DNA of 64,000 nt from NCBI GenBank assembly GCA_048013815.1, contig CM106586.1, positions 16,492,001 to 16,556,000 on the forward strand. The letters run 5' to 3'. The notes under the pieces are model-generated. The model worked only from the letters and a program-made list of their open reading frames with translations, searched no databases and was not told the origin of the DNA. This document shows positions 23,801 through 35,185 of the stretch, piece by piece (positions within the stretch are counted from its first letter, which is position 1; the number at the start of each line of letters is the position of its first letter). Made by a program: the position numbers and the translations under genes. The DNA is from Setoptus koraiensis. Taxonomy: Eukaryota; Animalia; Arthropoda.

Positions 23801-26537
23801 AGACGCTCTAAACGAGACGACAACGCGCCACGCCAGAGACCTTGACTCGGCCATTAATGACGTCCACGCATGACAGCCGGCCAACAAGCCACTCACCTGT
23901 CGCTGGCTCGCTGCTGGCTGTTCGGCGCCGTGGCCTTCGTGCCCGGGCGGCCCGACCAGCGCCGAGAAAAACTTTTGCGCTGCGTTTGCACACCGACGGC
24001 CGACTGAATCGGCCGACCATCGGCAACTCAATTGAGCCGAACAACGCTAATGGCTGTCCCCTGCTCAATCATCTTTACCATAACTTGCCGCATGAGTCGC
24101 CGTTGTCGGGCGGCGAGCGCGACACTGGCCGTCGTCCTTGTTCGTCGCTGGTCGTCGCTGGCCGGCGTTGGCCGGCGCTGCTGGCCGGCGTTGTCGGACG
24201 GCGCACCGTCCAGCGAGCGACGACACACACAAACTTCCTGCCGAGCTACCCGATGGCCAGCTTGCGCCGGCAGCGGACATTGTCGCCAACTTGTTAGCCA
24301 GCGACCCGCTGCCGACCCGCTGCCACTCGCCGCCGACTGCCACTGACAAGTCGCCGACTGGCCGCTGACCAGTCGCCGGCGAGCGCAAAATATCATCGTT
24401 ACGCAACATATTTTTAGTTTTTAATCGGCGTGCCAGTGGACAGCGCAATCACGACCGGTGTATCACATGCGTCAAGTGGCTGTCAGCCGGCGCTCGCTTC
24501 CTCATGCATCATCTGCGACGGCTCGCATGTTTGCACAAGCCCTCGTATACCGACGCCAGTGTGCGCAACGGTCACTCGCAGGCGAGTCGTCGGCCACTGA
24601 CCAACTGCAGCCGGCAGTGCGAGTAACGGTCGGCGATGTCGATAGTAATTAGCAGCAAGCGCGAAATTAATGAACTGGCCCAGTGGCCACTTCCGAGCTG
24701 CGAATGCGCCGTCATGGCTCTACATGTGAGCAGTCGCTGCCGCTAAGAATTCGCTGCCGATGATATTTCGCAGCTCCGTCGGCAGCGGCGGCAGTCGGCC
24801 GGCGGTTGCGTCACACACACACAACTCGCCGTCTGGGCCGAGCAACCTGATTTACCTGTGCTGGGCGTATGCTGGGCACGCAGCGTCGGCTCGCATCTTG
24901 TTGCTCGCAATAAATGATGAGCCGTCATTCAATAAGCCGAGCGCCGCATAGAGCATGGGTCAGCACAGATTGCAGCAATTTATAACCAGCTCTCTGGCCA
25001 ATTGCTCGTTTGCTGCCACTGCGGCGGCTTAGTGCGCTGCCCAGTGCAGCAACAGGTTGTTCCTGTGAGCTCGCTCTGGCTCTCGAGTGGACAGCTCTGG
25101 CTGTCGAGCGCAACAAGCCAAGAGAGCGAGCGAGCGAGATTTCAAGAGTGAGCCAAGAGACTTACACAAGAGATTTATAAGAGATTTATAAGAGATTTCG
25201 GCCAAGAAATTCAACACGACCATTCTGACGCATTGTCCGTGACCATGAAAAGGCTCGCCATCTTGATATCAATAATAATAATAATAATAACAGCAGCGGT
25301 AATAGTAATAATAATAGTAATAGCGGCAGCGATGGCGCAACAACCACAGCGCCAGTAATAGCAATCGCCCGGGCAGTAATACTAATAATAATATATATAT
25401 ATAAGGCCCGACAGCGTTCATCTTTATCTTGAGCAAACAGCGAGCTGCATCCCTTTTATAGAGAGACACAAACATCGCATGATGCTGCCATTTGAATGGC
25501 GAGCCAATGTTGCGAGATGTTAGCTAACATCTCGTCACACAACAAACCAATCATCGTTGGCTCAGCTACGCCCTGCCCACGTCCATTCACCGGCCGCTCT
25601 CCGGCGTCTCGGGCCGTCCGCTCGACTGTCCGCCCGCCGTCCGCTCGACTGTCCGCCCGCCGTCCGCTCGACTGTCCGCCAGCTGTCCGCTCAACTGGCC
25701 GCTCAACAAGTGGCTGCAAACTACCGCAAACCACTCCACTCTACCTACTGAGGTAGCGAGCAGTCGTCCCGGGCCAGAATTGCGGCAGTAGCACACGCAG
25801 TTTAACCCCGCTGCTGTTGCGTCACACCATGCGCCGCAACATCTTCTGCCAGTTACGGCATGCATTGCATTCAATTGGACCCGATCTGATCGCTCGCATT
25901 CAATTCTGCGTCGGGTTGCGCCTCGTTCTGCGTCGGGTTGCGCCTCGTTCTGCGTCGGGTTGCGCCTCGGACTCCGCTCGAATTGCGCGCCGGATTCTGC
26001 CTCGTTCTGCGGCGGATTCTGCAGCGCCTCGAGTGTGCGCTCAATGGCGCACTGGCCGCAGCGAGACAAGGCCAAAGTGTCTCCCAGCCGAACGCACGAT
26101 GGCAGAACAAACAACACTGACCGGCGGACTGTCCAAGTCAAACATATTTGCCTAACTCAATTTGAGCGCTCGTTTCACCTTGTCTGACGCTTGTTTTGCA
26201 TTGTTTTGTTCATGATTGTTTGCATGATTTTGTGCTGACGGTTCGCTGGCCGGCCGTGGCGATTGTTTATTGCATGACAGTTGCCACGTTGCGTAACAGC
26301 GACGTACAGTGGCAACAGTGGGCGAGCGAAAGCCGGCGGCCTCTCGAAGTGAGGCCGCACATCGGCCGACGAGGTCGCCATTGAAACGAGCGCCGCCACA
26401 ACATCATCAGCTATCATATAGTGGCCAATATATGCTAATGTACGACGATACGACACTGGCCAGCGAGTGATGATGCAATGACTGACCAATGCATGATGAT
26501 TTGATGCTGGCCGATGTATGATGGTTGTGGATGCTTC

Positions 26538-26621
26538 GACAGTGAACGGCGGACAGTGGACGGCGGACAGTGGACGGCGGACAGTGGACGGCGGACAGTG
26601 GACGGCGGACAGTGGACGGCG
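26538..26621. repeat. 14-bp minisatellite (GACAGTGGACGGCG) x6
   Basis: Six head-to-tail copies, one with a single substitution. Confidence 0.9.
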
Positions 26622-27651
26622 GCAACCCGCAGTAGTCACACACAGGTAGACACACAGCTAGAGACACGGGCGAATGCGAGCGAGACATGACAAAGGAAAT
26701 TATCATCTGCGAATGATATCATGTTATGCTGACCAATGTTATTACATGCGCGCTTGACCACTTTGGCTATTTGCGTTGCCTGGTAATTGAAACGGGATAA
26801 ATTTGGAAATTGCTCGCCAGGCCAAAATGATTTGCCTGGCGATGCTTTGTTCTTTGGCGTGTCACTGGCCTGTCAACTGGCCGACCGCTATCTAGTGGCT
26901 GCTGGTTGCATCTCATACACAACATAATAATAATAATACATGACACATCATGTTACGTCATCATTGTGCATGCCAGTTTTATTGGCTCGCAGCTCGGCCA
27001 GCGGCTTCAATTTGTGTGCACCGTTGCACAATGCACCGTGCACTATGTGACCGTAAACGATGGTGCACAGTCGATGGGGAAAGCCCACTACTGGAGATTG
27101 GCGAGTCGAGCTCACAACTAGACTCAGACAATTACAGTAAAGTGATCGCACAAATGGGCTCATGCAATGGCCGGCATGCACGCCGACGTGATGCAAAAAT
27201 GATATCATCGCGATGTGACCGTATGATGATGAACTTGACTCGGCTGCAACGGCGCAAGGGCAAGCTCGTAGGGCTGTGTGCACCATCGCCGTTGCGTAAT
27301 ATTGCCGCCACTGGCTGTGATTACAGGTGACACATCAGACTATTAGCTGGCCAGTCTGGCCAGCCGATATCATGTACGGGTGTGCACAAACGCTGCTAAA
27401 CAGATAGAGCGCCAGTGAGCGGACTCATTCAGGCATCCCGAACAGTTTGTGTGTTTGTGTGGGACAATCATGATTGTTGGTGGTGCCAATTTGTCGTTGG
27501 TCACTAAACGACAAATTTCTGTCTTGTCTAACTAGCCAGCTCATGTCGGGCCAGTTTATAGCTAGCATGCATTTTAGCGGCCAACTGACAAACTGCCGCT
27601 CGCTAGCCGACATTACTATTGGGCCACTATTGCCATGATGCGCGCCGATAT

Positions 27652-27790
27652 GATGCAATGATGTGATGCAATGATGTGATGCAATGGTGTGATGCAATGG
27701 TGTGATGCGCTGATCTGGTGCACTGATATGGTGCGCTGATATGGTGCGCTGATATGGTGCACTGATATGGTGCACTGATATGGTGCACTG
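27652..27790. repeat. Compound minisatellite (GATGCAATGAT-type then GATATGGTGCACT-type units)
   Basis: Read directly. Confidence 0.8.
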
Positions 27791-30700
27791 CGGCGGAAAA
27801 AGAATCACGAGCTGCCGTGAGTTTGCTGCGGTGAGACAGCGTCTCACCGCAGCAAACTCGCCCACCGACGAGCCCATTGATCATTGATGAAAGTCTCCGA
27901 CGGGCTCCGCTTGTGGAGCGTTCCGATCCGGATCGTCTGCTGGCGGCTGGCGGCTGTAGCTCGGCGTCGTCCCAGAGTCCAGACCAGAGTCCAGACCAGA
28001 CGGCCAGACGGGGATGCGGCCGACAATTAATCAATGGAACGGGCCGATTGTCGTTGTTGTTTGCGCGGCCGGCCGCCAGTTCACGGTCAGTGTGCATTGT
28101 CTCGGCGCTGTTAGCAAGACAACCTGTTAGCAAGGCAACCTGTTAGCGAGCTTTGTCGTTGCCGGCCACAACAATGCAGCAACAGCCCCAACAACGACAT
28201 ACATCACCAGCACGATCGCACGCATCAGAACGCTGCCTCGACAACCGATCCACTGCCGACAACCGATCCACCGCCGACAACCGATCCACCGCCGACAACA
28301 ATCGATGGCCAGTATGCCAGACGCAAGCTTGTAAATGAAAGTTTCGGCTGGCCGGCTCGTCGACTCGGGCTCGTTGAGCGACCGGCCGAATGGATGCGTT
28401 GGCCAGACCGTCGCTTTCAGATTGGCCATACTGTGGCCAATTCCATAGTGCCGGCGCGCCACAATGCCACCGATCTCGTGTTGCGCAATGGCGGCAACCT
28501 GTTCGGCGTGGTCGGCGCTGTCGCGCATTCGATTGCGTTGCGTAACTGGGGACAAATCTCGTTCTCACTTGGCCACTTGTCTTGCTTCATTGCGCAATGC
28601 CACAACACAACAGCACAACAACACAACAGCACATCATCACGGCACAACAACACACCACAACAAGACAACAACAAGACAACAACGCGACACAACAACGCGA
28701 CACGACACGGCTCAACGAGGCAACAGGCACAGAAAACAAATGCCAGAGCGACGACATGAGACATGGATAGGCCCAGACGCAGTGAAAAGTGCAAATGACA
28801 CACACGGCATTAACATGCTAGTTCAATCACCTTGATGACCAGTCGGAGTCAATGACCAGCGGCGCCAATTAGTCGCGGTGGCAAAGTTGCGCATAAGTGG
28901 CACTTGTTTGATATCTCTCTCTCCCTCTGTCTTGCCAGTGGCTTGCCGGTGGCTTGCCAGTGTTGTGGCACACTGCAAATACTATCACTGAACTGTATGG
29001 TTGTGTCATCTCTCGTCATGGCATGGCCACTGACACTCGAGTATCATACGAGTCGTATGGCCAAAAACAATGACACAATGCTGTTGCGGTGAGCTAAATT
29101 AGCATAGGCCGGCTGTCGGAGTTGTGCTGTGGCGGCAAATTGCGCCGCCACAACGCGACGACGGCGCAATTTGCCCGGCAAGCCACTGGCCAGCCAGATT
29201 TGGGTTAAACCAATCGATGCAGATTCACTCGCTGTGAGCAGCCACATTTCACACTCTTGCGAGCCACATGTCGCTCTCGGTGTGAGAGAGAATGTTTTTG
29301 CTGACAACTGTCACGAAAGCTGTCATCACGTACGGTGCACCGTTACATGACAGTTGCGAGTGCAACAGTGTCAAACAACGACATCTCGGCCGGCACGATA
29401 TGTATAAATAAGCGCAGGTAATTTGTATTTGTGGCGCACACACACACTGTTGCCACTTGCAACAAATTCCGATACTTGCATTTGCATGCTCAGGTGAGCT
29501 CTCAATTCGTCGCTCTCTCGCTTTCTCAGGCAACGGCGGCCAGCGACAGGCAACAGCGACAGGCAACAGCGACGGACAACAGCGACAGGCAACAGCGACA
29601 GGCAACAGCGACGGACAACGGCGACAGGCAACAGCGACGGACAACGGCGGGCAGAGACGGGACAGGAGAAACATTTACATAGGCGACAGTGAACTCGCAA
29701 CTCATCCTCGACAGAAAGAGAGAATGCTCATGCTGCCAACAGCGACAGAGACAATGTTTATAATTCGAACAGGGCCAGAGACAATGTTTGTTGTTGGATC
29801 GGAGAGAACATGCTCATGTTGTGCCCGAGATGCTCGAACGCAACAGCCCAAACATTACAAGTTGCATAGTTGGAGATCATAAGCAAAAAAGTCGCTTGCG
29901 CTACATGTGCAGCCAGTGCCAGTTCGTAGCAAGCTAATTATAGTCTATAGATGTCATGATGATAGCGAGCCTTTATGCAACATTGATCAGCGCCAACATC
30001 AATTGCCGACGATTCGGCCGATCGCATTGAGCCGCCGAAAGTAACGGTCTAGTTTCGGCACTGACAAGCCAAAACATAAACAGCTCTCCCTTGCTGTCTT
30101 TGTCTATGACAATGATCTTGAACAACAGCTTAGACAAATCAACAATGCAGCCAGAGCAATTTCGAGCACACGATGATGCCTTCTTTGCATGAAGCGAAGC
30201 CTGCTAGAGCCAGGCATCAACTGGAGCTGCAACTCACGCTGCAGCTTCGATTGACCAGTCAAGGCTTCTGATGTTTGATTGGCACCTGAATGGAGAGCCG
30301 TTACAATTATGTTGGCCAAATCATGCGCACAATTATGTCGTTCTCTTTTTGCCCGTCGTACCTTTATTATGCACACTGTCGGCCCATTGCGCCCGGGCCA
30401 CAATGAAACCGAACAGGCCGAACCTTCGGCTTGAAGGAGCCGAACAGGCCGAACAGGCCGAAGAACGGCAAAGAAAAAAGTGAAACAGCCACCCATCACT
30501 ATTGGGCAACGGTTGCTGTTTTTCAATAAACAAATAGGTCCAATCGGCCGATTGATGTGACAATTTCGCGTACATGTAGATCGATCAGGCTACTTCTATT
30601 TATACATTACATGTGTGAGTGGCGGCCGTTGGAAAAATGAAATTGCAACTTGCCCCAATTGCCAGTTGCAGCCAGTTTCGCGAATCTCGGCGGCCAAACA

Positions 30701-31820
30701 GCGCCACCGAAATTGACCAATCCGACGCAGCTTGCAAAGAGTGGCCGAACTCTGGCGATCAACTTGCGTTTCGCCCCCGACAAAAGTTTCCAGTCGCAAG
30801 TGACTTGTCAAAAGTTAAGGGTCACAAAAGTGACTTGTCAGAAGTTGAGATAGTTTGTCAAACTCAGTTTGAGATTGTTTTGATTTTGGCGCTGCCCTCT
30901 CTTGCGGTGCGGCTCCGATTTGCGCAGCCGCAAACGGGAGCTGGCCCGCGCAAATAGGCCACCGGCATGATCAACGAAGCACTGCTCTAGAGCCCAGATA
31001 TTGCCCCCTTGTTATTGTGGGCGCCCCACTTCACATTGTTCGATGCCCATAGAATTTCTGCGCGTAAATTCATTCGGTGTGCGCGTCGCGCAATGGTTCA
31101 CAATGCTTGTTCGATCTGGCCAGCGAGCCTCTGCTGGGCCCCAGCTCGCCAGGATCTCACCAGGGGGCACCGGTGGGCTCACAAGGTAACCTGAGGTTGG
31201 AGTGGCCCGCAATCTCGGGCCTCCATTGCGCAATGTTCGACGATTATCTTATCTCCGTATTTGTCGTTATCAGGGGCATACGCAATCAATTTGTGCGTTT
31301 GTGTGTCTGCCAAAATAACTGACCCTACGTGCAGGTCTGTTTGTTTATTCGTTTGTTTGTTTGTGTGTGCGTGCGTGTGTGCGTTCTTACGCGCACCTCG
31401 CGCGTATGGTAGCACGTACCGCGAGAATCCGAAAAATGCACTATTGATCCTGTGAATAGAAAAACGATATCCACACGTGAAGGGGGATACGAACGCGTGC
31501 AAGCCAGTTCAGTGGCGCGGCTTATACCCCCTGCGCAAACTTTGGGCAACATTCGCTGTAGGTCGCGCGTATGGCACCTGGCACCGATATCAATCAATCC
31601 GTCATTGTCCCGTCTTGCCGTTATCGCCATATTTTATTTGCATAATCGTCGTTATGCTATGTTTAATATATATTTGATATAATAATCACCCCCCAGAGTG
31701 TGTGACCACACATTCACCCAATACTACACTAGTCAAAGTTATTCACAAAGTCATTGTTACTATTAGCATCATCATTTAGCTACCCAGCATTTTGCGACAT
31801 ATTCAATATCGTTGGCCACT

Positions 31821-32135
31821 ATGAGCTCCAATCAGCCAAGCAGTATGGGCGAGGCCAATGCCCAACAGAAGCAGGCCGCCTCGAAGAAATTGCAACAGAC
31901 ACAAGCGCAAGTGGACGAGGTGGTGGGCATCATGAAAACCAATGTTGAAAAGGTGCTCGAGAGAGATCAAAAATTGTCAGAACTGGATGACAGGGCGGAC
32001 GCTCTTCAGCAGGGAGCCTCTCAGTTCGAGCAACAAGCGGGCAAACTGAAGCGAAAATATTGGTGGAAGGATTGTAAGATGATGATTATAATGGCCGTCA
32101 TTGTGATCGTCCTATTACTTTGGTTTCTCTACTGA
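31821..32135 (+). CDS. Syb: Synaptobrevin/VAMP R-SNARE, 104 aa, intronless CDS
   Basis: SNARE motif [59 protein letters not shown] followed by a C-terminal TM helix. ATG at 31821 (the ORF track start at 31812 is a non-ATG codon); AATAAA at 32214. Syb versus nSyb orthology was not resolved. Confidence 0.95.
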   Translation: MSSNQPSSMGEANAQQKQAASKKLQQTQAQVDEVVGIMKTNVEKVLERDQKLSELDDRADALQQGASQFEQQAGKLKRKYWWKDCKMMIIMAVIVIVLLLWFLY

Positions 32136-32577
32136 TCCCAACGCCACTACCTCTACCACTATCCATGCCCAATCACTTTAACATTATGTCCCGGCCCAAT
32201 ACTATTGTCTCTAAATAAACTAATCGAAGATGAAGTGAGGCTGCTTATAGATTTTTTTTGACAGCGAAAAGGGAGAGAGAGAGAGAAAGAGAGAGAGGGG
32301 AGAAGAGAGAGGTCCCACATGAACAATACTTGTTTAACAGCACTCACAAATATCAACGGGAGACAAACATAAATCTCACTCTAGTCAAGGGAACACACAC
32401 ATCCACACAAACAAACAAGCAAACACTGTTATATCAATGACAATACATCTCCAACACTCTCAACGAGGGTCACACGCAACAAATCAAGAATTTAGGATCC
32501 ATCTTTTATTATTGCTATTATTATTAATTTCACACTATTGATATTTATATTATATCACTTTAGGATCTGGGTATGAC

Positions 32578-33357
32578 ATGAAACCTCTCGTTAATTTGTA
32601 TAAGATTGGTCGATCGCCATACGATAAAGTGTTAAAAATACAAAACCATTTATCCAATACCCTTAAACAAACTCTATATCCACCACATGACCGCACGAAA
32701 CCTCTCAATGTTGATCCTTCCAGCAGTAGCGGCACATTGATACTTGTCGAACATGATCCAGTATACACGATCGGTCTGAGAACAAAATCATATGATGTCG
32801 ACTATGAATTGAAACTACGTGAAACATTACAGCAACACAATGTGAAAGCCGATTTTGTAAGAACCAGCCGCGGAGGATTGATCACTTTTCATGGACCAGG
32901 CCAGTTTGTCGCGTATCCTATTATACACATGAGCCAATTCAGTAGGGTCAACAAAAGTATTAAATCATATGTCAGGTTATTAGAAAATACCATCATAGCC
33001 TCATTGGATACATTGGGTCTTAAGGGAGCCCACACTATCAATGAGTATCCAGGAATATGGTTCGATAAGGAGAGAAAGGTGGCGTTTGTAGGCATCAATT
33101 GTAACCGTCATGTAACTATGCATGGTATTTCAATTAATTGCGATTGTGATCTCTCTTGGTTTGATCATATAGTGAGCTGTGGAATCGAGGATAAAAAAAT
33201 TACGTCAATCCAACACGAGTTATCCACTACCAAAGCCAGATTCTCTTCATCCAAGATCAACGATACTAATAACGGATTTTCTTCTCAATTGGTCGAACAG
33301 GTAGCACGGGTGTTTACCAAGTCATTTGAGTATCATTTTGATTGTATATTACGATAG
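32578..33357 (+). CDS. LIPT2: Octanoyltransferase / lipoyltransferase 2 (LipB family), 259 aa, intronless
   Basis: Motifs EHDPVYTIG, RGGLITFHGPGQ, RKVAFVG, HGISINCD and IVSCGI. Confidence 0.93.
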   Translation: MKPLVNLYKIGRSPYDKVLKIQNHLSNTLKQTLYPPHDRTKPLNVDPSSSSGTLILVEHDPVYTIGLRTKSYDVDYELKLRETLQQHNVKADFVRTSRGGLITFHGPGQFVAYPIIHMSQFSRVNKSIKSYVRLLENTIIASLDTLGLKGAHTINEYPGIWFDKERKVAFVGINCNRHVTMHGISINCDCDLSWFDHIVSCGIEDKKITSIQHELSTTKARFSSSKINDTNNGFSSQLVEQVARVFTKSFEYHFDCILR

Positions 33358-33358
33358 A

Positions 33359-33800
33359 CTATGAGTTCCAGTCTTTTTCAACAAGACAATTGCGGGCGTT
33401 GTGACGACCGAAACTCACCCTCCTGATACCTATACGATAGGCTTTAATTTTCAACATATCAGTTAGACCATTGATGATCTCCGGGAAGAAAAATTGTGTC
33501 TCATTGATCACGCTAACCTCTAGAGTAAAGTCTGGCGGTAAACATTGCAATCTAGATGATTGCGACATCATCATAAAGCTCCTGACTTCCAATGTTTATA
33601 CATGATTCACTGAACAGTTTTTTGTCCCCTCCAATCTGAATTGTTGCGAGCGCTTTATTTACTCCGGCCATTTATACATGCCGGTATGTGACTTTGTCAA
33701 TGATCTTTCCATCGAGTAGTCTGCTGTTTGTCTCAAATCCGAGACGTACTTTGATACACCTTAGTCTAATCTCTATCCCGCATATTTGGCTCCATTGAAC
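33359..33800 (-). pseudogene. Decayed partial TRUB2 copy (3' half), inverted relative to the functional gene
   Basis: The reverse complement aligns to TRUB2 ~34502-35005 (e.g. gtaaataaagcgctcgcaacaattcagatt, ggtatcaggaggg, gttgaaaaagactggaac). It has in-frame stops (TCA>TAA in HVSM; TAG/TAA near its 5' end) and 32-nt and 9-nt deletions. Confidence 0.9.
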
Positions 33801-34155
33801 ATGTCAGACATTGAGAACAAGCATTCGCAAGAACTCGAGAAAAAACAGGTCGTGATGTGGGGGAGAGAAGAAGAAAAAGTTTGGTATTTTTGGTGTTCAG
33901 GTCCTAGCTAGTGTGAGGATTTTTAAGGGATTCAATCGGTAATAAGTGCGATCTGACAAGTGAGAAACTTGTGAGAAACACACCACGCTCGCGAGTACTA
34001 GACTGCCAGTGTTAGTGCAACAAGAGAACGAGCGAGGTAAACAAAACACATGTGTAGTACTTGTAAATGCTATGGCACCATGTGCTTCTCGAAAAATCAA
34101 ATGTGACAAAATTGCATTTTCTAGTTCGTCTTGAACCAAAATCTCCCCATTTTCC

Positions 34156-35085
34156 ATGTCTAACATGTCTAGAAAATTTGCAACCACGTATGCACCTGAC
34201 GTCTTCAAAGCACTGGATGGAATTTTCACCATTTACAAGCCACCACTAGTCACACTTGAAGATGTCGTAAACGAAATTAAAAACAGACTGACCGACGAGT
34301 TGTGTACACTAGACCAGAGGCCCTTGAACACCATAATATCGATAGAAGGCAAGTACAACGAGGAAAAATCCATTGTAGAGAAACCCAATCTAGCCGACCA
34401 TCCCCTGGTAGTGGGCCCAAGATATGTTCCATGGGAGCTGCGGCTTAGTTTTGTCGCGCCCCATTTACGATACCATTCTAGCGGAGTCGTTGTTGGCCTC
34501 ATCAATGGAGCCAATTATATTAAATCGAGATTAGAATCGCGTCGATTCACCAATGTATATCAAATTAAAGCACGTCTCGGATTCGAGACAGACAACGGAC
34601 TATTCGATGGAAAGATCATCGACAAAGCCACATACCGACATGTATCAATGGCCAGAGTAAATAAAGCGCTCGCAACAATTCAGATTAGAGAAGACAAAAA
34701 ACTATTCAGTGAATCATGTATAGACATAAGAAGTCAGGAGGGTTATGAGTTGGCTAAAACCTGGCCCAAGAATTCTCCAGTGATGACGCAATCACCGAGA
34801 ATCAGTAGATTGCAATGTTTACATTTTACACCACCAGACTTTACACTTGAGGTCAGTGTGACCAATGAAACACCATTTGTCTTCCCCGAGATCATCAGCA
34901 ATCTCGCTAACATGTTGAAGACTAAAGCCTATTGTAGAGGTATCAGGAGGGTTAGTTTCGGTCGTTACAATGTCGACGACTGTCTCGTTGAAAAAGACTG
35001 GAACCTACAATCTGTGATCAATAATATTCATGCGAACAAACAGATAGCGATCAATACTAATTATCGTGATGTTCAATCAAAGTGA
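34156..35085 (+). CDS. TRUB2: Mitochondrial TruB-family pseudouridine synthase 2-like protein, 309 aa, intronless
   Basis: Shows TRUB2-type blocks GIFTIYKPP, HPLVVGP, SGVVV, RLGFETD, ATYRHV, SQEGYELA, LQCLHFTPPDFTLEV and IRRVSFG. Confidence 0.9.
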   Translation: MSNMSRKFATTYAPDVFKALDGIFTIYKPPLVTLEDVVNEIKNRLTDELCTLDQRPLNTIISIEGKYNEEKSIVEKPNLADHPLVVGPRYVPWELRLSFVAPHLRYHSSGVVVGLINGANYIKSRLESRRFTNVYQIKARLGFETDNGLFDGKIIDKATYRHVSMARVNKALATIQIREDKKLFSESCIDIRSQEGYELAKTWPKNSPVMTQSPRISRLQCLHFTPPDFTLEVSVTNETPFVFPEIISNLANMLKTKAYCRGIRRVSFGRYNVDDCLVEKDWNLQSVINNIHANKQIAINTNYRDVQSK

Positions 35086-35185
35086 TACTAAGATGACTCG
35101 GTGAACACCGGTGCTATCTTGGTAGACAATAAAGAAGAGGATTTGTTATCATCAGAAAATCAGCATCAATTACGGAAATACGGAT

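Noticed and set aside
26538-26621. Regular repeat arrays as CRISPR
   Set aside because: The units are head-to-tail without unique spacers, there are no cas genes, and the context is eukaryotic.
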